Below, piece after piece: positions 8,840 to 17,304 of a stretch of 64,000 bases of DNA; the stretch's first letter is position 1, and every line of letters begins with the position of its first letter. Location of the stretch: the NCBI GenBank assembly GCA_965116475.1, contig OZ220691.1, forward strand, positions 1,344,001 to 1,408,000. Direction: 5' to 3'. A model generated the notes under the pieces. That model saw only the letters and a list, made by a program, of their open reading frames with translations, did not search any database and was not told the origin of the DNA. Position numbers and translations under genes: made by a program. The stretch is from Gemmatimonadota bacterium. Its GTDB lineage: Bacteria > Gemmatimonadota > Gemmatimonadetes > Palauibacterales > Palauibacteraceae.

Positions 8840-9093
8840 ACCGCATATTCACGGAGTTGCCATTGTCGCAAGAAAACCTTCACTGATCGCCAAAACCTAT
8901 CACGAATCACGTGAAACGCAAGATAATATTCACAATTTTTCCAACGCGGGAGAAAACGATCACGAACCGACCTCAAGGTCATAAACATTTCACAGATTCG
9001 CGAATCGCTTCACAGAGAGCGCTGAACGCCAAGAAACCTTCACGGATTCGCAGATCTCTTCACGGATGAGCGGCAAGCGACAAAAACGCTCAC
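8840..9093. promoter_or_regulatory. Phased direct-repeat array (A-rich run followed by TCAC) upstream of Fic gene 2
   Basis: TCAC starts at 8849, 8880, 8900, 8930, 8960, 8990, 9010, 9040, 9060 and 9090. Confidence 0.7.
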
Positions 9094-9097
9094 CTAA

Positions 9098-12000
9098 TCA
9101 GGCGGGCGGCTCCTCCGGCATGGGGACAAGCGCGTTGGGGTGCGTGAAGTGCAGGCCGACGGCGATCCGGCCGGCCATGCTCGACGCGGCCGCGCGGTAG
9201 ACGTCGGCCTGGATCCGGTAGTCGCGGGCCGCGCGCGGCGCCTGCGCGGTCGTGATGTCGTGCGTCTTGAAGTCGATGACGAGCGCGTCCAGTCCCTCTT
9301 GCAGGCCAAGGGCTCCGGCCAGGCGGGACGGCGCGGTGCCGGGGGCCGGGCCGGGGCCGGTGGCGGGGCCGGCGAGCCGCCGGTACAGGTCGAAGGCGCC
9401 GAACCGCCAGTCCCGTGCGCCGAGCAGGTGCGTGAAGGTGAGTTCCTTCCAGTAGTCGCGGCCCAGTTCGCCCTCCGTGTACCAGGCCCACTCCTCGCTC
9501 GCGGCCACGCGGCGGATCTCCTCCTCCAGTTTCGCGCGGTATTCGCTGCCCGGACGGAGCATGGCCTCGAGTTCGGGCTCGTCCAGCGAACCGATGGTCT
9601 CTTCGACGACGCGGGCGATCTCGGCCTCCGCCTCCAGCCGTTCGAGTACGCCGTGGATGATCTGGCCCCGGACCAGGGCCGGGAGCCCCGCCTCCTCCGC
9701 CGAGGTTTCGGGCGCGAAGTGCCAGGGGGCGAGGGCGCCGTGCCTGTACCGGCGCTCCCATTCTTCCGGATCCTCCTCCAGGAGCATGAGTTCGGTCGCA
9801 GAGCGGGTCCAGCGCAGCGGCGGCTCGGGGAGCGGCTGGATCAGCGCCGCCGCGGCCGCCACATCGTACCGGTCCAGCCACGCCAGCGTCGGCGGACGAC
9901 TCGTCGGCGGGACGGCCGGCGCGCCCACGCCGCTCCGCACTTCGGCTTCCCCCTCGGCGAGCCAGTGGTCGTACCCCTTCGCCCCGCCCGTCGGGCCCAC
10001 GACGATCAGGCGGTCGCGGGCCCGCGTCGCCGCCACGTACAGGAGGCGCGCTTCCTCCGCCGTCGCCTCCAGTTCCTCGCGGCGCAGAATCCGGTTGCCC
10101 CGCGCCCCTCGATCGGACGCCTTGAGGCAGAAGAGAGGCCCGAGGTCGGGGTCGGACCAGTACTCGTTCGTGCGCGGGCTCCAGAGCCGCCGGTCGACGC
10201 CGACCAGGAAGACGACCGGCCACTCCAGCCCCTTCGCCTGGTGGATCGTCGACAGCGTGACGACGTCGTCGTCCTTCGAGTAGAGGGGCGCCTGCGGAAG
10301 CCCGATGTCGCGGCTCGTCGAGCGATCCCACACCTCGAAGAAGGTGGAGAGATCGTGCGCGCGATGGGATTCCGCGAAATGAATGAGACTCTGGAGGTTC
10401 GCGAGGATCTCCTCCGCGCCCTCCATGAGCAGCACATGCAAACGGTACCCGGTGCGCTCGAGCAGTTCCTCGATGACCTCGTCGAGCGCGAGCCGCGGCG
10501 CGAGCTGGCGCAGGTCGTCGAGCACCGCGAGCCCCTCCTCCAGCGCGCGGCGCTCGATGGCCGCCAGTTGCGGGTGATCGGGGGCCTCCGGCCATTGCCC
10601 CTCTTCCAGCCATCGCTTCGCCTGGCGCAGGAGCGGCCCACCGCGCTGCAGCAGGCGGATGCGGGCGATCGTCTCGTCGCGGAGCCCCACGAAGGGCGAG
10701 CGGAGGTAGCCGAACGCGCGGATGTCGTCGCGCTCGTTTCCGAGCAGCCGAAGCGCGTTGAGGACATCGAGGATCTCCTGGCGTTCCCCGAGGTGCGTCA
10801 TGCCGGCGACGAAGTAGGGAATGCCGCAGCGCTTGAGCGCCGTCTCGAAGTGCTCGAGGCCGCCGCGGGCGCGGTAGAGGAGGGCGATGTCGCGGAACGC
10901 CAGCGGTCGAAGTTCGCCCGTGTCGGGATCGCGGATTTCGTCGCGGCCCACGGAAGCAAGGATTCGGGAGGCGATGCGGCCGGCCTCGGATTCGCGGCGC
11001 TCGGCCGCGTTCTTCCCCTCCGCCGGGACCCACTCGACACCGGCCTGCTCGTGATCGTCGACGCCCGCCACGAGGTCCGCGTAGTCGATCCGGCTCGGCA
11101 GCCCCTCCTCGGCGAGGGCGTTTCCGGTCTCGTCCATCGAGACGCGGCCGACGACGTTCACGAAATCGACGATCGGGGGGGCGCTGCGGAAGTTCCGCGG
11201 GAGATCGAGGATCTCGCCTTTCTCGCCGAAGTCGTCGGCCACGGCGTTCCAGACGGAGATGTCGGCGCCGCGGAAGCGGTAGATGCTCTGCTTCGGATCT
11301 CCGACGAGGAAGAGCTGGGGACGCTCCGCGTCGCGCCCGATGGCGAAGGCGATGTCGCGCTGCGTGAAGTCGGTGTCCTGGAACTCGTCGATGATGAGCA
11401 TCCGGTAGCGATCCCGGATGGCGGCGAGCGCGGCGGCGCCGTCGGGGCCGAGCAGAAGATCGGCCGCCCCCAGCACAAGGCTGTCGAAGTCGCGCCGGTT
11501 CTCTTCCTGGAGCCAGGCGTCCCAGCGCGTGCGGGCTTCGAGCCCCAGTTCGACGAGCGCCGAACAGATCGCGAGGGCCTCGTCATCCCTGGCGTCGCTT
11601 TCGGGGAACAGGCGCTTCACCGCAGGCAGGTCGAGGCCGGGGCCTTCGGACGCGAACAGGTCGAGCGTGCCGTCGCTGCCCGGCTGCGGGGCCGCCGGGA
11701 GCCATCCCGCGTAGCGCCGCTCCCGCCACCTCAGGTCACGGAGCACATCCCGGACGTGGTCGATCGCGCCCTTGGAGTGCTGCCAGCCGGTGAGCTTCCA
11801 CCGGCGGAGGATCGCCCGGGCCGCGGCGTCTTGGCCTTCGAGCCTGTCGAGCAGGAGCGTCTTGATGAGTTCGTCCTGCTCGGCCCACGCCTCGTCCTCG
11901 TCGAGGATCTCGAAGGTCGGGTCGATCCCCAGGCGCAGCGCGTGTTCGCGGAGCAGCTCGCCGCAGAAGGAGTGGATGGTGCCGACCGACGCGCGGTCGA

Positions 12001-12304
12001 TCTGCCAGCGCAGTTCGTCCGCGCGCGACGAGGCCTCGATCCGCTTCCGGAGCTGCCGCTTGAGATCGTAGGCCGCCTTCTCCGTGAACGTGATGGCGGC
12101 GATCTCGTCCAGCCGGCAGGGCGTCGCGGGCGGCGCCAGCGGCTCCCCCGTCGCCCCGTTCACGCCGAAGGGGAGGCCGAGCCGCCACATGATCTTCCCG
12201 ACCACGGTGGTCGTCTTGCCCGTCCCGGCGTTGGCGACGAGCAGCGTGTCGTCCTCCGAACGGATCGCGCGCACCTGCTCCGGAGTCCACCGGATCTCAG
12301 CCAC
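9098..12304 (-). CDS. addA: AddA-like UvrD helicase with C-terminal PD-(D/E)XK nuclease
   Basis: ANAGTGKT, ITFTEKAA, TIHSFC, IDEFQDT, VGDPKQSIYRFRGAD, NFRS, STIHQAKGLEW, LLYVAATRARD; nuclease FDL..IDFKT..QADVY. Confidence 0.9.
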   Translation of the reverse strand: MAEIRWTPEQVRAIRSEDDTLLVANAGTGKTTTVVGKIMWRLGLPFGVNGATGEPLAPPATPCRLDEIAAITFTEKAAYDLKRQLRKRIEASSRADELRWQIDRASVGTIHSFCGELLREHALRLGIDPTFEILDEDEAWAEQDELIKTLLLDRLEGQDAAARAILRRWKLTGWQHSKGAIDHVRDVLRDLRWRERRYAGWLPAAPQPGSDGTLDLFASEGPGLDLPAVKRLFPESDARDDEALAICSALVELGLEARTRWDAWLQEENRRDFDSLVLGAADLLLGPDGAAALAAIRDRYRMLIIDEFQDTDFTQRDIAFAIGRDAERPQLFLVGDPKQSIYRFRGADISVWNAVADDFGEKGEILDLPRNFRSAPPIVDFVNVVGRVSMDETGNALAEEGLPSRIDYADLVAGVDDHEQAGVEWVPAEGKNAAERRESEAGRIASRILASVGRDEIRDPDTGELRPLAFRDIALLYRARGGLEHFETALKRCGIPYFVAGMTHLGERQEILDVLNALRLLGNERDDIRAFGYLRSPFVGLRDETIARIRLLQRGGPLLRQAKRWLEEGQWPEAPDHPQLAAIERRALEEGLAVLDDLRQLAPRLALDEVIEELLERTGYRLHVLLMEGAEEILANLQSLIHFAESHRAHDLSTFFEVWDRSTSRDIGLPQAPLYSKDDDVVTLSTIHQAKGLEWPVVFLVGVDRRLWSPRTNEYWSDPDLGPLFCLKASDRGARGNRILRREELEATAEEARLLYVAATRARDRLIVVGPTGGAKGYDHWLAEGEAEVRSGVGAPAVPPTSRPPTLAWLDRYDVAAAAALIQPLPEPPLRWTRSATELMLLEEDPEEWERRYRHGALAPWHFAPETSAEEAGLPALVRGQIIHGVLERLEAEAEIARVVEETIGSLDEPELEAMLRPGSEYRAKLEEEIRRVAASEEWAWYTEGELGRDYWKELTFTHLLGARDWRFGAFDLYRRLAGPATGPGPAPGTAPSRLAGALGLQEGLDALVIDFKTHDITTAQAPRAARDYRIQADVYRAAASSMAGRIAVGLHFTHPNALVPMPEEPPA

Positions 12305-15300
12305 CGGCAGCCTCCCCGAAGTCGCCGAAGCGGTGGCCCTCGGTGATTCGGGCGTCGTTGCGGCGGATCTCGAGGGCCGGGTCCCAGGGCTTCCAGCCTC
12401 CCTTCCACGAAGCGACCGCCTCGAAGCAGCCGCTCCGGACGCGGCCGGGAATGGAGAGCGCCATGGCGAGGGCCTTCTCGTACCTCGCTTCGCCGAAGTT
12501 CACCTGACCGCCGTTCTTCGGGTTCCCGGGGTTCCGGATCGACCGGTAACGGCCGGAGCGCATCTCGTAGCCGCGGTCGGCCATGACCTGCGCATAGAGG
12601 ACGCCCTGCAGCGCCGTCGCGTCGTCGAACCAGGTCTTGAAGGGGGGCTTCCCGCTCTTGTAGTCGAGCACGTGGTGGACCCCGGTCCCGTGCCCCGTCC
12701 GGTCGACCCGGTCGATGCTGCCGCGAAGGCGAAGGCGAGACGTCTCCCCCCGCACGTCCTCGCCCTCCACGAACGTTCGATCGTCATCATCCCAGCCGAA
12801 CCGCAACTCGGTGTGGACGGGGCGTTCGCCGTCTTCCGCCAGTTGTTCGAGTTCCCAGGCGACGTAGTCGCGCACCCCCGTCACGATCCCTTCGCGGGTC
12901 TGCTCCCAGAGGGCGGTGACCCCGAGCCACTCGCCCTTCTCCGCGCGTTCGGCGCATACCTCCTCGGAGATCTCCGCGAGACGGCGCGCGGCGGGCCCGG
13001 CCAGGGAGGTCGGGAGCCGGTCCATGAATTCGGCGTAGAAGCGCTCGAGGATCTCGTGCGCCACGCTGCCGAAGGTGAGCGGCGTCGTCTCCTCTTCCGC
13101 CTCCTCCACGCCCTCCAGCCTGAGGAGGCGCTCGATGAGGAACGTGAACGGGGATCGCGCGTAGGCTTCGAGCTGGCCGGCGGACCACGGGTAGTCGTCG
13201 TCGAAGCGGCGGTCCAGTTCCCGCAGCACGTCAGGGTCGCGCAGGCGGCCGTTCCACGGGTTCGGGCGAAAGGCCGGGTGCAGGACATCGGCGTCGCTCG
13301 ACGGCGGCGCGGGGAGGAGGAACCCGGGGTAGCGCTCGAGTCCGGGGCCGCGATGGGTCTCGGCCGCGGCCGCCACGATCGCGCGTGCGAGGCGCCCGCG
13401 GCGGGCCGGCGCGACCCGGGGCCGCTCCGTCGAGTCGGGGCTGCCGAGCGTACGGTGGAGCGAAAAGGCGGCCCGCCGATCCGCTTCGGCCGGCGTCACG
13501 GGCTCCCCGACGTCCGAAGGGCGCCGGACTCTGGGCAGCTCGGCGGCGTCCTCGTGAGAGGGGACCATGAGGGACGGCAGGAGCGGCGTGCCGCCGGCGT
13601 CCGTCGTCCGGTAGGCGATCGAGACCGGGCCCGACTGCTGCGTGACGGCGCGCCACAGCGCTCGTTCGCGGCGGAGCGTCTCGTCCCGGTGCGCGACGGG
13701 CAGCCCGAGCGCGGCGAGGCGGCGGCGCTCGCCGTCGGTGAACACGCCCGTGGCGCCCGCCGTACGCGGGAACTCGCCGTCGTTCGCATGCACCACGAAC
13801 GTGTGGGAGAAGGGGACGAGCGCCGCGTCGTGCGCCTCCAGGACCTGCACGCCCTTCTGGCCGGGCGTGGAGAGCACGAGTTCGTTCGCCTGCAGCAGCT
13901 TCTGGACGAGCGCGTGCCAGCCCGCCGGCGAGAGGGGATCGTCGGGGTGGTCGAGGTCCCGCCATTCCCGCAGGAGTCGTTCGAGGAGGAGGATCCCGCG
14001 CTGGTCGGAGCGCACGACCTCCCACCGTTCCTCGGCGGGGTCGCAGACCCGGCGCCTCAGCCGGAAGACGCCGCGGTCTTCCCTGAGGAGCGTCAGCGTG
14101 AGGTCGATCCAGTCCGCCTCGGGGCGGGACGCGCCCAGCGGCTCAAGCACGTCTCGCAGGGCGGCGAAGGCCTCGATGTCCTTCTCGACGCGATCGGCGA
14201 AGAGCCCGCGGCCCCGGATCTCGCGAGCCCCGTCCTCCACGAGGGCGCGGAGTCGCTCCAGATTCTCGCTCCAGGCGTCGAGTCCCACGACGCGGCGGAG
14301 CGCCGCGATGGCGTCGATGCCGCGGAGATCGACGCGCGTGTCGAAGTAGGGGTGCGCGAGGACGGCCCGCAGCGACCGGTAGTCCCAGTTCCGGCCCGCT
14401 CCCCGCAGGATGAGGAGAAGCGCCCTGAGCGCCGGGACTTCGTCCAGCGGCGTCCGGATTCGGGCCGTCGCGGTGACGCCCGCCCGCCGGAGCGCCCGAT
14501 ATGCGCGGTGTGTGTTCTCGCGCCCGGACCTCGCGACCACGGCGACCTGATGCGGTTCGGCGGTGCCCGCCGCGAGAATCTCCTTGACCTGCCGCGCCAC
14601 CCAGGCCATCTCCCGGGCGGCGTCCGGCACCGGCTGCACGGTCACCGGCCCGGCGCCGGCGCCGCCGCCAAAATCGCCGATCACCTCCGTCCGGGCGGCC
14701 AGCGTATCGAAGAACGGATCCGGTTCGGACTCCAGGGGAAGGTAGAGATGGACCTCAACCTCTTCCTGCCGGGAGAGGGCGGCGAGCATGCGGCGGCGCG
14801 TGCGGGGGCTCGCGATGCTGTACACGTGCAACTCCCGCGCGCCGCCGATCGCCGCCGCCAGCCCGCCCGCCTCGATCCTCTCCGCGATGCGGGCGTTCAC
14901 CGAGCGCCTGTCGAGGAATCCCCGCTTTCGGAGGGAATCGAGGTACGCCCGGTAGACCGCCACCGCCCACTCGTTGCGCTGGCGCGCGAAGTCGTCGCCT
15001 CCCAGCCCGGCCAGCGCCCGCTCCAGTTCGTCGGGCTGAACGCCCTCGGGCAGCAGGTCGCCGAACAGCCGGTCCAGCATGTGCCCCCGGATCACGCCGT
15101 CCCCGCGACCCGGCGCCCGCCCCAGGATCCGGCGCCCCAGCCGCGCCGCGTGCCGGCTCACCAGCCGACGTCGCGTGAGGAGGCCGACGGATTTCTCACG
15201 GATGCCGAAGCGGTCGGTCAACTCCCCGAACAGCGTGACCGGGGGATCGAGCCATCCGGGGTGCCCGCATTCGTGCGCGGCCTCGAACAGGAGATCCCGC

Positions 15301-15440
15301 AGGCTCCGGTGGTTGAGCCAGACCCACGCGCGCGCCCCCGTGCCCGCCTCAGCCGGCGAGGCGGCCTCCGCCAGAAACCGGTCGACGCACCCCTCCCACA
15401 GCGGGGCCGCCGCCGGCGCTCGAACTACGTTGAGAGGCAC
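12297..15440 (-). CDS. addB: AddB-like inactive helicase with C-terminal PD-(D/E)XK nuclease
   Basis: TTG start; SAGQLEAYARSPF, GSVAHEILE, LRGSIDRVD..VLDYKSG..LQGVLY; overlaps the addA start. Confidence 0.85.
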   Translation of the reverse strand: MPLNVVRAPAAAPLWEGCVDRFLAEAASPAEAGTGARAWVWLNHRSLRDLLFEAAHECGHPGWLDPPVTLFGELTDRFGIREKSVGLLTRRRLVSRHAARLGRRILGRAPGRGDGVIRGHMLDRLFGDLLPEGVQPDELERALAGLGGDDFARQRNEWAVAVYRAYLDSLRKRGFLDRRSVNARIAERIEAGGLAAAIGGARELHVYSIASPRTRRRMLAALSRQEEVEVHLYLPLESEPDPFFDTLAARTEVIGDFGGGAGAGPVTVQPVPDAAREMAWVARQVKEILAAGTAEPHQVAVVARSGRENTHRAYRALRRAGVTATARIRTPLDEVPALRALLLILRGAGRNWDYRSLRAVLAHPYFDTRVDLRGIDAIAALRRVVGLDAWSENLERLRALVEDGAREIRGRGLFADRVEKDIEAFAALRDVLEPLGASRPEADWIDLTLTLLREDRGVFRLRRRVCDPAEERWEVVRSDQRGILLLERLLREWRDLDHPDDPLSPAGWHALVQKLLQANELVLSTPGQKGVQVLEAHDAALVPFSHTFVVHANDGEFPRTAGATGVFTDGERRRLAALGLPVAHRDETLRRERALWRAVTQQSGPVSIAYRTTDAGGTPLLPSLMVPSHEDAAELPRVRRPSDVGEPVTPAEADRRAAFSLHRTLGSPDSTERPRVAPARRGRLARAIVAAAAETHRGPGLERYPGFLLPAPPSSDADVLHPAFRPNPWNGRLRDPDVLRELDRRFDDDYPWSAGQLEAYARSPFTFLIERLLRLEGVEEAEEETTPLTFGSVAHEILERFYAEFMDRLPTSLAGPAARRLAEISEEVCAERAEKGEWLGVTALWEQTREGIVTGVRDYVAWELEQLAEDGERPVHTELRFGWDDDDRTFVEGEDVRGETSRLRLRGSIDRVDRTGHGTGVHHVLDYKSGKPPFKTWFDDATALQGVLYAQVMADRGYEMRSGRYRSIRNPGNPKNGGQVNFGEARYEKALAMALSIPGRVRSGCFEAVASWKGGWKPWDPALEIRRNDARITEGHRFGDFGEAAGG

Positions 15441-15532
15441 GACTCAGATAGCAGACGAATCAATGGTCAACTCCGCAGGGCAGAATCCAGGCCCGATGGT
15501 CGTCGCGGTCACCCTTCGCGTCAAGCTGCCGG

Positions 15533-15571
15533 TTGACGTATCGAACTCGGCGTCAGATATCTATTGTAGAT
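15533..15571 (+). promoter_or_regulatory. Putative mazEF promoter/operator
   Basis: TTGACG at 15533-15538; inverted repeat ATCTA-TTG-TAGAT at 15559-15571 just upstream of the RBS AAGGAG. Confidence 0.5.
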
Positions 15572-15594
15572 CCCGGAACAGAAGGAGAGATGTC

Positions 15595-15834
15595 ATGGGC
15601 GCGAGTTCTCACGTTGCGAAATGGGGAAGCAGTCTGGCCGTCCGCATCCCGAAGCCGGTTGCCGAACAATGGGGGATCCACGAAGGCTCCCGCATTGAGA
15701 TGGCGCCGCGTGGCGACAGGCTGGTGATGCGGAAGAAGGTCCATGACTTGGCGGAGATGGTGGCGCGAATCACGCCGGAAACGCTGCATTCCGAGGTGGA
15801 TACCGGTCCGGCCGTGGGCGAGGAAGTGTGGTAG
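15595..15834 (+). CDS. mazE: AbrB/MazE family antitoxin
   Basis: VAKWGSSLAVRIPK, LAEMVARITPETLHSEVDTGPAVGEEVW; AAGGAG RBS before ATG 15595. Confidence 0.93.
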   Translation: MGASSHVAKWGSSLAVRIPKPVAEQWGIHEGSRIEMAPRGDRLVMRKKVHDLAEMVARITPETLHSEVDTGPAVGEEVW

Positions 15835-16175
15835 AAGGTTCTCACGTCCCGGACGGCGGCGATATCGTATGGCTGGCGTTCAACCCGCAAACCGGACACG
15901 AGCAGGCTGGGCGCCGGCCGGCGCTCGTCCTCAGCCCTCGCGCCTACAACGGGAAGTCCGGCTTGGCGCTCGTTTGTCCGATCACATCGAAGGCAAAGGG
16001 TTACCCTTTTGAGGTCGCGCTCCCAGCCAAGGGTCGCGTGACAGGCGTGGTCCTGGCGGACCAGATCAAGAGCCTGGACTGGCGAGCCCGGCGGGCGGCC
16101 TTCGCAGACAGAACGTCGGCTTCAGTGCTGCGCGAGGTACTGGACAAACTGGAGATCCTGCTCGGGCGGCGCTGA
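15828..16175 (+). CDS. mazF: MazF/PemK endoribonuclease toxin
   Basis: GDIVWLAFNPQTGHEQAGRRPALVLSP..YN, CPITS, LADQIKSLDWRAR; overlaps mazE. Confidence 0.95.
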   Translation: MVEGSHVPDGGDIVWLAFNPQTGHEQAGRRPALVLSPRAYNGKSGLALVCPITSKAKGYPFEVALPAKGRVTGVVLADQIKSLDWRARRAAFADRTSASVLREVLDKLEILLGRR

Positions 16176-16200
16176 CCCGCAGCATCGTTCGTTACGCGGA

Positions 16201-17196
16201 TCAGGATCCGATGCTCCTTCCGAGTCTCGGGTTGTCAATGAAGGAGGCCTCAAGGGAGTTGCGGGCGAGCGTTTCGACGTCGTCGGTCGAGAGGTCGACG
16301 GCTTCGGCGACGCGGCGGAAGTTCTCGTTGATGTAGCCGCCGAAGTAGGCGGGGTCGTCGGAGTTCACGGTCGCCAGGAGGCCCAGGTCGAGCATGCGCT
16401 TGATCGGGTGCGCCGCCAGGTGCTCCACCACGCCGAGTTCGAGGTTCGACAGGGGGCACACGGTGAGCGGGATGCGGTCGTCGCGCAGGCGGGCGACCAG
16501 CGCCTCGTCCTCCAGGGCGCGGTTGCCGTGGTCGATGCGTTCGACGCCGAGGATGTCGAGCGCTTCCCACACGTACTCCGGCGGACCCTCCTCGCCGGCG
16601 TGGGCCACGAGCCGCAGCCCCATGTCGCGCGCCGCCTCGAACACGCGCGCGAACTTCGAGGGCGGGTGGCCGACCTCGCTCGAGTCCAGGCCCACGCCCA
16701 GCAGCCGATCCCGGTAGGGTTCCGCGGCTTCGAGCGTCTCGAACGCTTCCCTCTCGGTGAGATGCCGCAGGAAACAGAGGATGAGAGCGACGCTGACCCC
16801 CCGCTCCCGTGAGCGGTCCATGGCCCGCTCGAGGCCGTCCATCAGCGTTCGCAGCGGCACGCCCCGTCCGGTGTGCGCCTGCGGGTCGAAGAACATCTCG
16901 ACGTGGACGACGTTGTCCGCCGCCGCCCGCCGCAGGTACGCGTCGGCGAGTTCGAAGAAGTCCTCCTCCGTCCGCAGGACGCTCATCCCCTCGTAGTAGA
17001 GGTCGAGAAACTCCTGGAGGTTGCGGAACGAGTAGACCCGCTCGACCTCCTCGACGCGGCGGTATGGGATCGACACGCCGTTCCGGCGAGCCAGCTCCAA
17101 CATCATCCGGGGCTCCAGCGAACCCTCGACGTGGATGTGGAGTTCCGCCTTGGGCGTCCTCCGGATGACCTCGTTCAGGCTTCTCACGATGCGCAT
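16201..17196 (-). CDS. Adenosine/adenine deaminase
   Basis: PKAELHIHVEGSLEP, FFDPQAH, GLDSSE, AHAGEEG, RIDHG, VCPLSN, NSDDPAYFGG. Confidence 0.93.
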   Translation of the reverse strand: MRIVRSLNEVIRRTPKAELHIHVEGSLEPRMMLELARRNGVSIPYRRVEEVERVYSFRNLQEFLDLYYEGMSVLRTEEDFFELADAYLRRAAADNVVHVEMFFDPQAHTGRGVPLRTLMDGLERAMDRSRERGVSVALILCFLRHLTEREAFETLEAAEPYRDRLLGVGLDSSEVGHPPSKFARVFEAARDMGLRLVAHAGEEGPPEYVWEALDILGVERIDHGNRALEDEALVARLRDDRIPLTVCPLSNLELGVVEHLAAHPIKRMLDLGLLATVNSDDPAYFGGYINENFRRVAEAVDLSTDDVETLARNSLEASFIDNPRLGRSIGS

Positions 17197-17304
17197 CTGG
17201 TGGCCTCTCGTGACGACGGGGTAGGTTGGATCGTCGAACTCATGCAGGGGCCGGCGGTCCGTGACCAGGCCCCCGCCCGGATAACGCCCGACTGGACATG
17301 TCCC

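Noticed and set aside
8904..8917. parS-like GAATCACGTGAAAC (12/14 match to GTTTCACGTGAAAC)
   Set aside because: The left arm is broken, it is a single copy, and it sits within the TCAC array that explains most of the match.
8833..8988. 52-aa N-terminal extension of Fic gene 2 in the ORF track
   Set aside because: It runs through the AT-rich repeat array and does not look like coding sequence; ATG 8832 is more plausible.
8840..9093. Possible CRISPR array
   Set aside because: The conserved part is only ~4-13 bp, units are 20-30 bp, and there are no cas genes.
9140..15536. Long + strand ORFs (1068 and 1150 aa) opposite addAB
   Set aside because: Antisense shadows typical of high-GC coding DNA, with no motifs. 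The same applies to 22408-25173, 30598-33165 and 58858-62802.
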